64,000 nt of DNA from an uncultured Chloroflexia bacterium (GTDB taxonomy: Bacteria; Chloroflexota; Limnocylindria; Limnocylindrales; CSP1-4). The stretch is taken from the NCBI GenBank assembly GCA_963746405.1, contig CAVVAV010000003.1:338811-402810 (forward strand), given 5' to 3'. Position numbers and translations under genes: made by a program. Positions 61,998 to 64,000 of the stretch are shown here, one piece after another. The notes under the pieces were generated by a model, which saw only the letters and a program-made list of their open reading frames with translations, searched no databases and had not been told where the DNA came from. Position 1 is the stretch's first letter. The number at the start of each line of letters is the position of its first letter.

Positions 61998-62675
61998 TCA
62001 GTCCACGTACGCGAGCGGCGTCACCACAAAGTCGTCCGGCAACTTCACGCCCGTGCGGTGGTCCGGGCAGTAGCCGCGCGGGTTCTTGTCGAGGTACTGC
62101 TGGTGGTAGTCCTCGGCGTAGTAGAACGGGTTCGACGCGGCGTCGACGATCTCCGTCGTGATCGAGTCGTAGCCCGCCTTCGACAGCTGCTCCTGGTACA
62201 TGGCCTTCGAGGCCTCGGCGACGGCCCGCTGCTCGTCGCCGGCGACGATGATGATCGAGCGGTAGCTGGTACCGATGTCGTTGCCCTGGCGCATGCCCTG
62301 GGTCGGGTCATGGTGCTCCCAGAAGCTCTTGAGCAGCTGCTCGTACGAGATCACTGACGGGTCGTACGCGACCAGCACCACCTCGGCGTGACCGGTCCGC
62401 TCGGAGCAGACCTCCTGATACGTCGGGTTCGGGGTGTGGCCACCCGCATAGCCGACGGCAGTCGTGACGACGCCGGGGAGCTGCCAGAAGTCCTTCTCGT
62501 CGCCCCAGAAGCATCCGAGGCCGAAGACCGCGGTCTTCGTGCCCTCGGGCCAGGGACCGGCGAGTGGTGTACCAAGGACGGCGTGGACGCCCGGCTGGAC
62601 GATCGGCTCGGAACGACCCGGAAGGGCTTCGGCGGGGGAGGGAATGGACTGGGGCTTGGAGCGGAAGAACTGCAT
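61998..62675 (-). CDS. msrA: peptide methionine sulfoxide reductase A
   Basis: [39 protein letters not shown] and GYC motifs. Confidence 0.96.
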   Translation of the reverse strand: MQFFRSKPQSIPSPAEALPGRSEPIVQPGVHAVLGTPLAGPWPEGTKTAVFGLGCFWGDEKDFWQLPGVVTTAVGYAGGHTPNPTYQEVCSERTGHAEVVLVAYDPSVISYEQLLKSFWEHHDPTQGMRQGNDIGTSYRSIIIVAGDEQRAVAEASKAMYQEQLSKAGYDSITTEIVDAASNPFYYAEDYHQQYLDKNPRGYCPDHRTGVKLPDDFVVTPLAYVD

Positions 62676-62742
62676 GGGCGAAGTGTAGGCCGAGCGTGCG
62701 TCGATCTCGTGACAACCGCGAACAGCGGGCAGTCGCCGACAC

Positions 62743-62759
62743 CCTCAGATGCTTCTCAG
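62743..62759 (+). promoter_or_regulatory. CTCAG-N6-CTCAG direct repeat (MprA/OmpR-type box)
   Basis: cCTCAGatgcttCTCAG at 11-bp period, upstream of the small exported protein. Confidence 0.45.
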
Positions 62760-62827
62760 GGCAGACCGGGACGCTTCGAGATGCCAGCGCTGGCACCGAC
62801 CCCAAACCCGCACCAGGAGAACCTCCC

Positions 62828-63109
62828 ATGGACCCTCTCGATCCCATCACGCGACTCAGCGGCATCCGCCGCGGCCTCGCGACGTTCGGTCTCGCGCTCG
62901 GTCTGCTGGCCGTCGGTGGGGCCGCGGTCGTCATGGCCGCCAGCCCGGAGCCGTCAGCGAGCACAGCGCCGGGGACCACCCCGAGCACCCAGCCATCGAC
63001 CGACGACGATTCGACGGGGACCGATCGGCGCGACAAGGGCGACTGCCCCGAAGGCGCCGACGGCCAGGACCCGGCGGCCTCGCCGTCGACGGACACGTCC
63101 TCCAGCTAG
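62828..63109 (+). CDS. 93-aa exported Ser/Thr/Pro/Asp-rich protein
   Basis: AGGAG SD, signal-like RRGLATFGLALGLLAVGGAAVVMA, low-complexity tail with a single Cys. Confidence 0.7.
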   Translation: MDPLDPITRLSGIRRGLATFGLALGLLAVGGAAVVMAASPEPSASTAPGTTPSTQPSTDDDSTGTDRRDKGDCPEGADGQDPAASPSTDTSSS

Positions 63110-63153
63110 GCCGCCCGACGGCCACCCATCCACGGCGGTTAGCATCAGCCGCC

Positions 63154-63981
63154 GTGGACCACCGCCTCGCAGCAGCCCTCGGCGCCATCGACGGATGGGG
63201 CGCCGACCACGCCTCCGCGGCCCTCGTCGGTCCCGACGGCGTGATCGCGAGCCACGGCGCACTCGATCACGTCGATCGCTGGGCGTCGGTGACGAAGCTC
63301 GCGACGGCCCTGGCGATCCTCGACGCCGTCGAGGACGGGGTGCTCGGGCTCGATGAGACCGCCGGACCCCCGGATTCTACGGTCCGACACTTGCTGGCAC
63401 ACGCGTCCGGCCTGCCGTTCGAAGGGGAGGCCGTGCTCGCCCGGCCCGGCACGCGCCGCATCTATTCCAACCCAGGTTTCGATGCCCTCGGAACCTTGCT
63501 CGGCGAACGCGACGGCGTCACGTTCGAGGTCGCCCTGGAGCGACGGATCCTGGGGCCGCTCGGTTTGGCGGACACGCACCTGGTCACGAGACCCTCCGAG
63601 GGCCTGCACGGCCCGCTTCGCGACCTGGCGGCACTCGCCGGGGAGCTCCTGCGGCCGACGCTCGTGACCCGGGCGACCCTCGAGGGGGCGACGACCACGG
63701 CATTCCCGGGCCTGACCGGGGTCCTGCCTGGCGTCGGGCGGTTCGAGCCGCTCGACTGGGGGCTTGGATTCGAGCTGCGCGACGGCAAGGTCCCGCATTG
63801 GACCGGGGAGCGAAACTCCCCCGCGACGTTCGGGCATTTCGGAGGGGCGGGCACGTTCCTGTGGGTCGACCCGGCGCTGGATCGCGCCCTTGTGTGCCTG
63901 ACCGATCGCGAATACGGTCCATGGGCGCTCGAGGCCTGGCCGTCTCTCTCAGACGCGATGATCGGAGCCATCACCGGCTGA
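63154..63981 (+). CDS. serine hydrolase, beta-lactamase-like family
   Basis: SVTK (SxxK), LLAHASG, YSN and FGHFG motifs. TAGCAT lies 8 nt before the GTG. Confidence 0.9.
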   Translation: MDHRLAAALGAIDGWGADHASAALVGPDGVIASHGALDHVDRWASVTKLATALAILDAVEDGVLGLDETAGPPDSTVRHLLAHASGLPFEGEAVLARPGTRRIYSNPGFDALGTLLGERDGVTFEVALERRILGPLGLADTHLVTRPSEGLHGPLRDLAALAGELLRPTLVTRATLEGATTTAFPGLTGVLPGVGRFEPLDWGLGFELRDGKVPHWTGERNSPATFGHFGGAGTFLWVDPALDRALVCLTDREYGPWALEAWPSLSDAMIGAITG

Positions 63982-64000
63982 TCGCGAGGACGTGGCTAGC

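Noticed and set aside
1-64000. tRNA, rRNA, tmRNA, SRP, transposase, integrase or prophage genes
   Set aside because: None were recognisable by eye; a tRNAscan/cmscan run would be needed to exclude them fully.

Overview
High-GC bacterial chromosomal window, gene-dense (about 65 CDS), with no rRNA, tRNA, CRISPR array, transposase or integrase visible. The gene mix is actinobacteria-like (aceE-type PDH E1, UvrD2-HRDC, SCO1664/DUF3090, F420-type LLM, TM0106 nuclease-helicase), and two class A PBPs are present; Chloroflexota (Limnocylindria-like) is my inference only. Main blocks: (1) housekeeping genes plus two unexplained, highly structured intergenic regions at about 1.25-1.5 kb and 3.1-3.3 kb (ncRNA candidates); (2) a roughly 13 kb general-stress/desiccation-like island (9.5-22.4 kb) with many tiny SD-led proteins, a GT4, an F420 LLM, an ABC-2 exporter, topoisomerase IB, an RsbRD_N kinase next to a probable pseudokinase, and a 45-aa membrane peptide coupled to CorA through a CTG start; (3) envelope, redox and amino-acid catabolism genes; (4) DNA repair (Fe-S nuclease/RNaseH/SF1 helicase fusion, UvrD2); (5) a GntR-controlled ABC + deacetylase + sugar kinase + GH4 catabolic locus; (6) a one-gene islet bounded by a decayed 87-bp duplicate of the msrA 3' end. 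At least 14 genes carry a TAnnnT hexamer 6-8 nt before the start codon (leaderless mRNAs), and three coupled genes appear to use CTG or ACG starts. All family calls come from motif recognition by eye; no database search was run.
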